Assembly: GCF_006345805.1 (NCBI RefSeq) | Contig: NC_043013.1 | Coordinates: 45,012,001-45,076,000, forward strand | Reading direction: 5' to 3' | Source of the DNA: Octopus sinensis | Taxonomy: Eukaryota | DNA length: 64,000 nt | Shown here: positions 11,320-23,390 of the stretch, in pieces | How positions within the stretch are numbered: position 1 is the first letter of the stretch | Layout: every line of letters begins with the position of its first letter | Notes under the pieces: model-generated | Databases searched by the model: none | What the model was told of the DNA's origin: nothing | What the model saw: the letters and a program-made list of their open reading frames with translations, nothing else | Program-made: the position numbers and the translations under genes

Positions 11320-13122
11320 GTATGTTTATATCTCTTACTTTACCAAAAAAAAAAAAAAAAAAATATTCTTCTCCTTTTGTTTTTTTCCCCTTCCCCCTTG
11401 GGCTAATTATTACCTATGTATGTATGTATATAATATATATATATATATACACAAATATATATGTATATATTGGCGTGTATGATTGATTGATCGCTACATA
11501 CGTAAACAGTGTGTTTGTGTGTAGTATGTACAAAAACAAAAACCTCATCTGTAATTAATACGGAAAGATCTTGTACTTCTCTCTTTAATATATATTCCTC
11601 TTGATTTTTTTTATTTACAAGTGAAAATCGAAAAAATCCCCCCCAAAAACGTGTAATACGGGACTGCTGTTCGAAAGCTCCTCTCGTTAATGTCCTAAGA
11701 ATAAAGGCATGAGCATCACAACATCTCACACTTTAAAGAATCCCCCCCACAGTAAAACCACGAATTTTCCCGAGCAAATTTTTGTTTTTGCTTACTTATC
11801 TATTAGATTTAAAGGGATTATGTGATATTCATGCCGTTCTCAAGGGCATCAATGACGTATAAATGTAAAAATAATAATAATAATAATAAATATTTTCTGG
11901 CTGGGAGCTTTGTCGATGTAGCGGGGGAGATTTAAGTCAAAGTTGTCTGAAATTGAATTTGAACTTAGAACGGTCACTCACCTCTACTCGGCTCGGTGAC
12001 TTTTTTTATTCGGACCGTCTCCTATAATATACCTAAGTCAGCTGTGGCTTTGCAGACTTGTTCAAGACAATGTTCTAGTCGTAATCACACTTCTTCACAA
12101 ATAGTGCATCTAGGACTTACATTGTGCGACATCTCTCTCTCTCTCTCTCTCTTTTTTTTTTTTTTCTAAAATATGATTTGAGGGAGATTTGGCTGCTAAG
12201 TCTAGCTGCTCGAGGTGACCACGTACAGGCTCCCTCGATTGTTTTGCTTTTATTTATTATAATATAGACACGAAACATCGGGGGTTTTATTTATTAGAGA
12301 GAGAGAGAGAGAGGGGGAGAAAAGGGATATATACCATTTAAGACGGTTTTTCTTTTACGAGTCAATTACGAAACGAAACCAAACCTAAAGCGAAATTTTG
12401 CGAAAATGTCTCTCTAATTGTTACGAGGAGGAAGAGAATGTGTATGTGTGACGTTAATGCCTTTCTTAGATGCATTAAACGATTAGAAGAAGGGTTGTGG
12501 AATTTACTGCAACCCTGGAATTTAAACTGGGTCGCACTGTCATCAGGCATTTTTTTTTTTTAAATACAAATTAGCTTCCAAGAAAAGTAAAGCGTTTAAG
12601 CATTATCGAAAATAATTTAGTAAAGTTCTCAAATTTGTATCATTTCATATGAAATTGGAAAACAAGAATCTTTGACGTTTCCAGTCTTTCTCTCTATCTT
12701 CCTCCTACGCATATTGTTTCGCCTTAAAGTTTGTTAGTTCGTTGTATATACGTATAATTGGTTTCGTTATATTAGGTTTTTTATTTCTAAGAATGTTGAT
12801 GTTGATTTTCATACCTTTGTTACACACACACACAATGCAAAGTAAAATGCAGGATATTGAAACTATTATGTATCGATTGGTGGTTGATTAAATTTTAGCA
12901 AGTGGTCAGTAGTTGGATTAATTGAATGTAGAATTTTATTTATTGGTACTTTTGTCAGTGTCTTGATAATGTGATGTTGTTAACTAACATATCCATAAAA
13001 AGAACAGGAACTGCAGAGGTTGTAACTTTTCTTTCTTAATTTTCCCAACGGGATTTTGTGACGTTCGTTTTCGACAATTAGTCTTCATATCCTTAATACT
13101 TTTCTTTCCGTTCTCAACCTAC

Positions 13123-13403
13123 TTCCCTCTTGGTTTCTCTAAGACCCCCCCCCTCCCCACCATCGAGCTTGTCGCTTTGGGGTCCTTCTGTTCTCTTGTT
13201 GTTCGCCCCACGATCTCGGACCTCGATGTCGTTTTTCGAGTGAGGTTCCAAAAAAGGTTCATAGTTGTCGTATGAATGTCTACCAAATGATTTCATGTCG
13301 TTCAGAACTCCTTTTTCTAAAAAAAGTTGCAGCCATTTATCCTGGTCGTATATTGCACTACCGCTGGAGACTTTTTTTTTCCGTGCGGAAATGTTTTTTG
13401 CTT
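13123..13403 (-). CDS. Candidate antisense exon inside intron 1, product unknown
   Basis: Poly-T/tttgttctag acceptor, 281 nt open (..AKNISARKKKVSSGSAIYDQDKWLQLFLEKGVLNDMKSFGRH..), GAA|gtaggt donor or stop at 13114. A phase-compatible ATG exon lies at 13928-13916. No recognised homology. Confidence 0.25.
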
Positions 13404-15101
13404 CTAGAACAAATTAAATTCTTTCAAAAAAAAAAAAGAAAAAAGTCTTAATGTGAGGTTGTTGTTTAGTTCTCATCGAGCAGCCCTTTATCAAAAGCTA
13501 TTCCATCTACGACCATCCCATCATTTTCTCTGGCATTGTGTGTGTGGAACTACATTAATTCTATGTATGCTCACTCCTTTTCTCAAGATGGTACCCTGAT
13601 TTTATTGTTATTTGTAGCGGGTCGAACAACCGCGTAGAGGACTTTCTCGTTGGTCCATTTGTATTCTGACTGTAGGAAGGGCATCCATCCAGCTTTTAGA
13701 AACCTTTGTTACAACAAATAACCCCTCCCACTCATGTAAACGTGGACCAGAGTGGTGGGGAGGGGGAGGGATGTGAAACAGCGAAAGAAGAAAACAAAAT
13801 GTTTTTTTCTTTATTTCATTAGATTTTGTTTGTTTTTGTTAGCTTTTTTTTGGAAAGATGGTTACCATTGTCAATATTATCCGAGTCACTTAAAAAAATG
13901 TTTTTGTTTGTTTACCGAAAAAAGTCATGGCTGCCAAGGGCAGATAACTTTCAACGGAAATTTGAAAATCGCTTTATTTTACAAGCTGACCCTTCGTCAC
14001 ATCTTGACCAAACACCTTTAACCCCTCTCTTGGCACCTTTTTTTTTTTTCATTACTACTTTTCGGCATTAAGTTAGAAACATATGAGACACATGAAATGA
14101 ATACCCAAATGGTTGAAAGATATTTTTTTTTCCAGGAAAATATACAAAACCGTGGTCATATATATAGTCTTGACAAGTGAAAATATAACAGCTGACCGAA
14201 GTGACCATTTGTACTCTTCACATGGCACCTTTGTGTGTGTTTATGGACAGATACACTAAGCTATCAATACTCCCTTACACCTACCTATCTATAGACAGTA
14301 GGTAAGGTAGCGCCATCTGCTCACTGTTTGTAGCAGTTCTCGTTGACTCGTTCAAATTCTTCTGTTGTCAGTTTGGTTAATCACATAAATGAACACTGCT
14401 TATTAGTAAACTGGATATTTAGCCCCATCACCCTTGTTGTTGTTGTCCCAAGGTGAGCCCGATCGAAAGGCATTGCAACCACAGCCTTCCCACCTTATAA
14501 AAGCTTGCCTAGGACTGTGCCTCCAATATGCCCTTTTGTTTTAAAAATCATAGTACAATTTAAGGAAGATTTAGTCGCCGTTCCTATTAGGTTAGCTCTA
14601 TCTTGCTTATGTGATAAAACTAGGTATATAAAACAAATATGAAATATTTTTTTCAAGTATCAATCTGTTGGCATTTATTCAATTTTTATCATATCCTTTG
14701 AATCTTTGCTCCACTGCCTTTATAGTATAATCTAGTGAGATGGTTGTTTTAAGGTAGACCCCCTTAAATAGCAGCTGCATACCAACTCGTTTTCAGGTTC
14801 GAGTCTTTCTAATGTGTAACTTGATTTTCGTTTGTCTATCATTGGTATGCTAAAACATGCAAGTTCACTGTAATCAGCTATAATACTTTATAGTTGATGA
14901 GCTGTGAAAATAAGATCATTAGTAGAGTCAGGGTCAGAGGGATAAAGGCTCTACTGATATCATAATCACTATATCTTGATGTGAGTTAAAACTTTAAGAA
15001 ATATAAATCATCACAATCATCATTATCATTTAACATCCATGTTCCATTCTGGCATGTGTTGGATGATTTGACTGGATCCAATGGATTCAAGAACTACCAT
15101 G

Positions 15102-15398
15102 TGGAGGCACATGGCTTAGTGGTTAGAGCAGTGGTTGAGGGATCGCGGGTTTGAATCTCAGACCGGGCGATATGTGTGTTTATGAGCGAAACACCTAAGC
15201 TCCACGTGGCTCTGGAAGAAGTTAATGGTGAACTTCTGCTGACTCTTTCGCCACAACTTTATCTCACTCTTTCCTCCTGCATCTTGCAGCTCACCTGCGA
15301 TGGACCGGCGTCCTGTCCAGGTGGGGAACCTATACGCCAAGAAACCGGGAAACTGGCCCTAATGAGCCAGGCATGGCTTGAGAAGGAACAAACAAACA
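15102..15398 (+). mobile_element. tRNA-headed SINE with 13-bp TSD AAGAACTACCATG, nested in an older element
   Basis: Head ggaggcacatggcttagtggttagagc, (ACAA)n tail, TSD at 15089-15101 and 15399-15411. Confidence 0.9.
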
Positions 15399-15919
15399 AA
15401 GAACTACCATGTTCCAGTATCAGCTTTGGCATGGTTTCTGTGGCTGGATGCCCTTCCTAATGCTATCCACTTTACAGTGTGTACTGGGTGCTTTTTGGGA
15501 GGTTTCGTGCAATAGTAGTTCACTGCAATAACAATGAGAAAAGAAATTGGGTGTCTTCCTGAAGGATTCTTACTGTTGTTGGAAACACTTTGGTTTTAAC
15601 AACTGTACTTGGCACAAAGATCAACAAATTTCCATACATGAATGGTGGTGACTTCAGATACCTCAGACCATATGCTGCTTACATTAAGAAAGATTTCTTG
15701 ACATTTGGCAATTCCACATTTCCAAGTCAACACGTTGGTCTTCTTCAGAGCATGTATAGAGAGCATTCTCTAAGGAAACTTGGACTCTAAAGAAGGGACA
15801 TCTTCAAGATCACCTTGATAGTATGTACATACACTAGGTTTCTTAGGAGAGTGTAGAACATCTAATGGCATGAACACAAGACTAAAGAGAAGTTTTGCAG
15901 ACATCAAATTGAATGACTG

Positions 15920-17226
15920 GCATCTGTGCTAGTGGAGTGCTAAGAGTACCATCCGAGCATGATCATTGCCAGAGCAGCTGACTGGCTTCCGTGCCAGTGG
16001 CACATAAAAGCACCCACTACACTCGGAGTGGTTGGTGTTAGGAAGGGCATCCAGCTATAGAAACTCTGCCAGATCAGATTGGAGTCTGGTGCAGCCATCT
16101 GGTTCGCCAGATCCCGGTCAAACCGTCCAACCCATGCTAGCATGGAAAGCGGACGTTAAACGATGATAATGATGATATATGGTTTGTTTTACAACTGCAT
16201 AGTTTCAGATTTAATCCCTTCAACAAGAGTCTTCTATCATTGCCTTGGGTCAACCAAATCCTTGAGAGGGGAATTTAGTTGAGGGAAGTGCATGGAATTC
16301 ATATTTTGTTGGTGTAGCATGAGCAAAGAATCCGGTGACTTCTTTGTGTTTTCTCTTTTTCAGTTAATGTAGAGTAGTTTGAGAAATATTTGGCTGCTAA
16401 TTCTAGTTGATTGAACTGCTGCATAGAAGCAAACCAGTAAGAGTTCCTCTATATAGTTATTTACTATAAATGACAGCAGCCAAAACATACACTGGACTGG
16501 ATGGTCATAGATGGAATGTCTTTTGACTTTATGTCTACTCAATCATAGTTGACCTTTGTGTGGACAAGTATTTTCTATCACCCAGATCAACCAAAGCTGG
16601 ATTTGGTTGATGGGAACCTGTTGTGAGTGTATGTTTCTCTCATGTTTAATTGTTTTGTAAACAACGGCTTCCTGCCTGTGTCATTGGCTTGTAGTCCACT
16701 ACAAAAGGATATCAGGGCTTCTCGATTTGTTGTGCAATCTTTGTAAACAAAAGGTGACTTAAACCATGTTGCTTCTTTCAGTTCCCCACATAAAGCAGAA
16801 AAATAAACATGTCCTAGCTATTAGTTGCTCAGCAGACTGTTAGATTATTACTCCACTTAGAAACAAGTTAGGAGCTAGCAACATGAAGGATGGTCGAAGG
16901 TTGAAAAACCCTGCCTCAATGTATCCTTGGCTGACCTATACAAGCATGGAAAAGTAGGAATTTAAAACCACGGCGATGATAGAGACCTCGCTTGATGACT
17001 TGTATATATACGTCTAAATATATATTTCACCATCATCATCAACATTTAAGGTCCGTCTTCCATACTGGCATGGCTTGGATGTCTTGACAGGAACTGGCAT
17101 GGCTGGGGTCTGCATCAAGTTCCATAGTCCGTTTTGGCTTCGTTTCTATGGCTGGATGTCAACCACTTTACAGAGTGTACTGGATGCTTTTTATGTATTA
17201 TGTGGGACCTTGGTTTTAGGATCTCA

Positions 17227-17270
<44 letters not shown>

Positions 17271-19500
17271 AATGTGAGTTCATGGCTGTTTCCTGCACCA
17301 GCTTCATATAGCAGCCCCAGCCCATCCAAAGTACCTTGGATTGCAGGACAACCTGCTGTGTTTACCTTGGATCGTAGGGTGACCTGCTGTGCTTAACGAG
17401 ACCTATTGAGTCAAGTACATCAGCATCAAATGGAAATTGTAGTTGTGATACCTGTGCTGGTGGCACGTAAAAAGCACCATCCAAATGTGACCGATGCTAG
17501 CGCCGCCTTGACTGGCTTCCGTGCCGGTGGCACATAAAAAGTACCAACCGATCGTGGCCATTGCCAGCCTCCTGTGGCACGTAAAAAGTACCCACTACAC
17601 TCACGGAGTGGTTGGCGTTAGGAAGGGCATCCAGTTGTAGAAACACTGCCAGATCAGACTGGAGCCTGGTGCAGCCACCTGGCTTCCCAGACCTTAGCTG
17701 AACCGTCCAACCCATGCTAGCATGGAAAACGTACGTTAAACGATGATGATGATGATTGAGATTCAGATGAATTAGGTACTTAAGTTGCGGCACCAAAAAC
17801 CTATTGCGGTATTATTCAGAGGTGATGCAGTATGACTGTTTCAAGCGGCTCCATTTAATTGAACAATGCAATCATTGCATCAGTTTAAATGCAGAGCTAT
17901 CCTCAGCTGCATAAATAAATAAAGAGAATTTAGTCAGACACATTTGTATGATTTTACTCAAATCCTCTAAGAAGGTAAGAAGGCAAAGTCAATGTTTTCA
18001 CTTCAGCTTAGAAGCTACTAAGACATCAGGGAAAAAAAAAAACTTATTAGGATTCTAGCTTGTCACAGATTTTTGGGTCAGTTTTGATTTATAGTCTTGT
18101 TTATCAAATCTTTGTAATCAAAATCTAAGACTATAGAGCAGTCAAAACCGACCCAAAAATCTGTGACAAGCTAGAACCCTAACAAGTTTCTTTTTCTCTG
18201 ATGCCTTAGTAGCTTCTAAGCTGAAGTGAAAACAGCATGGACTTTGTCTTCTTAACTTAAAGGATTTAAGTAAAATCATACAAATGTGTCTGACTAAATT
18301 CTATTTATTTATTGATGCAGCTGAGGATAGCTCTGCATTTAAATTGATGTAATGATTGCTTTGTTCAATTAAATGGAACTGCTTGAAACAGTCGTACTGC
18401 ATCACCTCTGGATATCCTAGCTGTTTAGTTTGATGTGCCAGTGGCACGTACAAAGCACCAACCGTTTGTGGCCATTGCCAGCCTACCCTGGCACCTAAAA
18501 AGCACCATCCTTACGTGGCCGATGCCAGTGCCACCTTGACTGGCTTCCGTGCCGGTGGCATGTAAAAAGCATCAACTGATCGTGGCTGTTGCCAGCCTCC
18601 CCTGGCACTTGTGTTGGTGGCATGTAAAAAGCACCCACTACACTCACGGAGTGGTTGGCGTTAGGAAGAGCATCCAGCTGTAGAAACACTGCCAGATCAG
18701 ACTGGAGCCTGGTGCAGCCTCCTGGCTTCCCAGACCCCGGTCAAACCATCCAACCCATGCTAGCATGGAAAACGGACATTAAACGATGATGATGATATAT
18801 ATATATATATATATTCAATCATCAGTTTAAAAAATGTATATTCTCTTTGAGATCTAGTTCTGTTTGTTTTATCTATATGTGCATATATATCTCTCTCTAT
18901 ATATATACTATCTACTTCTGCTCATGTAGATGAATAGTTTTCTTGCCATACTTCCTGGAAAATAACTGTTTCAATTAATTTTGAAGATAACGAAGAGTTT
19001 GAAAAGGTATAGCAAAATAATTGACTTGAAATGAAACTTAACAAAAATGTTCTTCTATAAAATTAAGATTTCTTTTTAAATATGAAGTTTAAAATAGGCA
19101 GGTCACTCAACCCAAGGTTGTGCCAGACAAGATGTCCAAAGAGTTAAAGGAATTTTATGGAACCTTATTTTATTGCTGATTTATTTGATGGACTCCAGTT
19201 ATATGAACGATAAGTACATTTGAACATCATCATCGTTTAACATTTGCTTTCCATGCTAGCATGGGTTGGACGGTTCGATTGGGGTCTGGGAAGCCAAGGA
19301 GGCTGCACCAGGCTCCAGTCTGATCTGGTAGTGTTTCTACAGCTGGATGCCCTTCCTAACGCCAACCACTCCATGAGTGTAGTGGGTGCTTTTTACATGC
19401 CACCGGCACGGAGGCCAGTCGGAGCGGCGCTGGCAACGGCCACGTTCGGATGGTTCTTTTACGTGCCACCAGCACTGGTATCACAACTACAATTTCCATT
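15920..19500. mobile_element. Cluster of (GAT)n-tailed retroposon copies (family A, probably RTE 3' UTR): about 15920-16165 +, 17030-17200 -, 17440-17755 +, 18435-18795 +, 19225-19500 -
   Basis: Shared core gcacccactacactc..gagtggttggcgttaggaagggcatccagc...gcatggaaa..ggacgttaaacgatgatgat, with a variable number of 50-60 bp internal subunits. More copies at about 26705, 28905, 34910, 51730 and 54468. Confidence 0.85.
17817..18410. repeat. 594-bp foldback element (two about 280-bp inverted arms, 28-nt loop)
   Basis: CAGAGGTGATGCAGTATGACTGTTTCAAGC...GCTTGAAACAGTCGTACTGCATCACCTCTG; arms pair along their whole length with scattered mismatches; no TSD seen. Confidence 0.9.
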
Positions 19501-19825
19501 GATTTTTGAGCAATGGACAAAAATATGTGCACAATGAGCACAGTTATTTTTGCACACGAGAACAAATATTTGTGTTTTTACATCTCTCTCTTCATATATA
19601 CAGCATAGAAAACATTTAAATTATTATATATATTAAAAGAAAATGTGAGTTTTCTATATCTTATAGCAGAAACAGCTGTAAGCTAATGAAGTTCATCTCA
19701 TTTTCTTTCATTACTTCTCTGTACTCGACTAACACTTTGTTCTTAAGCATAAGTATATTGAATTCAATACCAAGTTATTAGTCTCGCAATCCCTAAGTGA
19801 AATATATATATATGTATATACACAC

Positions 19826-20220
19826 ATATATATTCTACGATGACATCTCTCATGCCGGACTTCTCTCTGATGACCTCTCGCTACTGATGTGCTCTCTCAA
19901 TGAGATTCCAAGCATTGACCTCTCCATGGCTCTTTGAGCCATTACCAATCTCTGTTCTTCTCTATTTGTTGTAGCCCATGTTTCACTACCATATAACATA
20001 TAACTGATAATCAGTGGACATGCGCATTTGTCGAGTGGTACCCGCGTGAGTGGAAACAACCACTCGGAAGGACTCCACGACGGTGGAGTTACGGTTTCAG
20101 GAGGGCAATTGGGATCACGTTGATGAGAAAGGTGCGATCCAGAGAGGAGTGGACAGCCTGCTGTGACCAGCAGTGTCACATGGACGCCCGATGGACTGGT
20201 CAGTCAAGGTGATCAAGGTG
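19826..20220 (+). mobile_element. RTE-clade LINE insertion with inverted 5' segment
   Basis: The minus segment (about 20002 to 19830) encodes MLYGSETW...MERSMLGISLREHI...RDVIVEY. The plus segment from about 20004 encodes DNQWT..VEWYPREWKQPLGRTPRRW, followed by a caaggtgat tail. Confidence 0.8.
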
Positions 20221-20244
20221 ATATATATATATAGACAGACAGAC

Positions 20245-21710
20245 ATTGCAGTTTGGTTAAGAAGCTTGCTTTGCACCCATGTAGTTAGGTTTGATCCCAC
20301 TGTGTGGCACTTCCTCTTATAGCCCCAGATCAACCAATGTCTTGTGAGTAAATTTGGTTTGACAGGAATTGTGAAAGCCTGTCACGCACGTACATGCATG
20401 TGTATGTTTTTGTGTTTGTTCCTCACCACTGCTTGACAACCGTTGTTAGTTTGCTTATGTCCCCATAACATTAGCAGCTTGGCCAAAGACAACAATAGAA
20501 TAAGTACCAGATTTAAACTGAAGTATTGGGGTTGATCGGGTTGAACTAAACCCTTGAAGGTAGTATCCCAACATGGTCACAGTCCAGTAATTGAAATAAG
20601 TAAAAGGTCTACATAAACACACACATCCACTCATCAACATCTTCCATTTTCTTAACACGGCTGTCAAATTTCAAACTGCCCATCTACTTTCTCTATTTGG
20701 TCTGTGTCCATGAATAAGGTCAGCCGCTTCACAAAATCCAACATTGCATCTGGCTAAATTGCCAGTAATTTAAAAAGTCTATGCCTTTCACAAAGCTCCT
20801 CTGACATGATAGGGTTCTGTAGATTAAAAATTTTTTTTTTGTAATTCAAAAGAGTGGTCAGTGGTATTTTTCTTTTATTGTTTACTTGTTTGTCATTAGG
20901 CTGTAGCTATGCTGGACCACTGCCTTGAAGAATTTCGAGTCTTTTGACCTCGGTACTTAATTTTTTTTTTTAAGATTGGTACTTATTCTATTGGCCCCCT
21001 TTGTCAAACTGCTAAGTTATGGGGGCATAAACATCAACACCAGTTGTCAAGCAGTGGTGGGGGACAAAGACACACGCATGTATATAACTGGCCCTCTTTG
21101 TCTATGCAGACGGTCAATTTAGCTTAATCGAACATATCAGGGGCTCCCCTTCTTGCAGCTTCTTTCATGGTTGTCTTCTTGTGATTGAAGCGCAGATTCT
21201 GTCACAGTACTTGCATACGAAGAGGCTGGCTGGGCGCTCTGCATTTCTGTTGTGTTCCTTTTGCCTCTGACGCTTCTCAACTTGTTTGTATCTGTAGCTG
21301 CTCCCTAGTGAAGCAGTTCCTTCCTTCATCACAGTTCTCCATGTTGTTCTGTCCTCAGCCCTCTCTTCCCAGGTGCTGACATTCACCTCACAAATGGACA
21401 AACTAGTTTTGCAAGTGTCCTTATACCTCAGTTTTGACTTTCCTCTTGGTCTCTTGCCCTGGGCCAGTTCTCCATAGAGCAGTTGCTTCAGGATTCGATA
21501 GTCATCCAATTTCCTGACATGCCCCAGCCACCTCATGTAGATAGATATATATATGATGGGCTTCTTTCAGGTTCTTTCTACCATATTCACTCACTACGCT
21601 TTGGTTGACCTGAGGCTATAGTGAAAGACACTTGCCCGAGGTATCACAGAGTGGGACCGAACCCAGAACAACATGGTTGAGAAGCAAGCTTCTTACCACA
21701 CAGCCATGTC
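20245..21710. mobile_element. tRNA-derived SINE family B copies (+ about 20245-20605; - about 20870-21710, interrupted by RTE)
   Basis: gtggtaag.agcttgctt.ccaaccacatggttctgggttcagtcccactg..tggcaccttgggcaagtgtcttct...gaataagtac...cagcatggcc. More copies at about 27225-27625, 32617-33017, 51925-52300, 53565-53880 and 54975-55365. Confidence 0.8.
21085..21540 (-). mobile_element. 5'-truncated RTE (BovB-like) ORF C-terminus
   Basis: MRWLGHVRKLDDYRILKQLLYGELAQGKRPRGKSKLRYKD...CKYCDRIC zinc-finger start. Confidence 0.9.
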
Positions 21711-22512
21711 TGTGTTTATATTTAGTTTTTGCAAAGATGTCTGGTTCAGTAAGTTTCCATTAATCCTTTAGCATTTAAACTGGTCATATTAGACCCAATT
21801 ATTTTGCCTGTTGTATATTCAAACCAGCCAGATCCAGCCTCTAACACCTACCCTTCAAGATAATTCAAAATAATGTGATTAAATAAGTATCACATTTGAC
21901 AAAGTAATCTGAATTCTGAAGGATTAACTCAAAATACTCTTGGCTGAGAAAGTTTGTGCTTTTGTCATTAGCAGTTTATTTATTTACTCTGACTAATGAA
22001 TTCCAAATGCTCATATTTCCGTTATCTAGAAACACACACACACATGCATAACTCATACTTGTTTGTATAAATGCAGATATATATATTCCATGCATCAAAC
22101 ACATTGTATACACATGTATGCATACACACATGCACACAGAAAAAGATATTTTAAATAACAAACATCTGCAAGCCCTTTACGTAGTGTAGCAGGGTGAATC
22201 TGTTGACTTGTTTTCTGTTGCTCACCTGGATCATCACTTGTCTTTCACAGGCACGCACACACACACACACACACACACACTCTCTTAGAGATGATACCCT
22301 CAGCAATGCAATGGAACACTTGATATGTACTCATTCTCATAACTTGTTTTGCTCTCAAAGTAGCTTCTACACCAACACATACACACACACACACACAGAC
22401 ACACATAAATGTGTAATGGATCTTGTGTTTGTTTTGATCAATAGAATCACCTAGTTGTGAAAATATAGTTTAAACAGCTGGGTAATCAATCTATGGACAC
22501 TGGTACTCTTAA

Positions 22513-22875
22513 TCTCTATCTCTCTATATATAAACGGCAAAATGTGTGTGTGTGTCCTTTATACAAAACCACAATTTTTCAGTTAGAGGGCTCACACTTT
22601 CTATAGTCATTCAAAACCGTCCAAGGGTGGCCGTGCACATCTTCACATTTCCCCAGTCACCCCGCAAAGCCATTAAAAAATCAAGTGACTTTTTTGTGAA
22701 TTTTCTATCCAAAACCCAATCAAAATGCCCAAAACTTGATACGCCAATTGAATGCCAGCTAGCTGTATGTGATTGGTCGGAGATTTGGACAGTACTTGCA
22801 TGTATGTGCGCACGCACGCAGCTGTATATGCATGCACTAGCACTATGACCTGGCGTTGCCGGGTCATAGTGCTAG
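22513..22875 (+). mobile_element. Non-autonomous Helitron-like element
   Basis: A|TC 5' end (tctctatatataaacggc), 3' hairpin cactatgacc.ggc-gtt-gccgggtcatagtg, CTAG|T 3' end, no TSD. Confidence 0.75.
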
Positions 22876-23249
22876 TGTAATAATAAAGCAGGATCTGTGT
22901 TACACAAGGCTGAGTTCCCAAATCACAAGTACAGTCCAGAAATATAGGTACAAGCATGGCCGTGTGCTTAAGAAGCTCAATTTGCAACACAAGATCTATT
23001 ATACATTTATGTGCCTGTGTGTGTACATGTGTAAATATCAATGTGTGTGTTGGTGCAGAAGCTACTTTGAGAGCAAAACAAGGTATGAGAAAGAGTATAA
23101 ATTTGAGCGAGTGCATGAATGACATGTTGACCATTTGCTAGTGTCAAGAGATAACCTTACGGATTGAACGTCAGCTACTCACTGACTAGTAAAGGCTTAC
23201 GATTAATTTCATTTTATCACCGATGTTTCCTTCTTGTTTTTCAGGAAAA

Positions 23250-23390
23250 CATGATTTTCACTTTATTTTGATTCTACAAATTTAGTCCTTTCACATGAGT
23301 TTCACTTTCTCTATTTTGTTTCTACAAATTTAGTCCTTTCACATGAGTTTCACTTTCTCTATTTTGTTTCTACAAATTTAGTCCTTTCAC
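23250..23390. repeat. 48-bp tandem repeat, about 3 copies
   Basis: catgagtttcactttctctattttgtttctacaaatttagtcctttca at 23294 and 23342, with a shorter first unit at 23250. Confidence 0.9.

Noticed and set aside
11548-11694. Another minus-strand acceptor with open frames
   Set aside because: Frame is ambiguous, donor weak, and no link to the 13123 exon can be shown.
15102-15170. tRNA-like sequences at SINE heads (also 27942 and 31994)
   Set aside because: They run into SINE bodies with tails and TSDs and have no complete cloverleaf; not tRNA genes.
23140-23190. Hammerhead-like GAACGTC with a short upstream stem
   Set aside because: CUGANGA and GAAA are both broken; not supportable.
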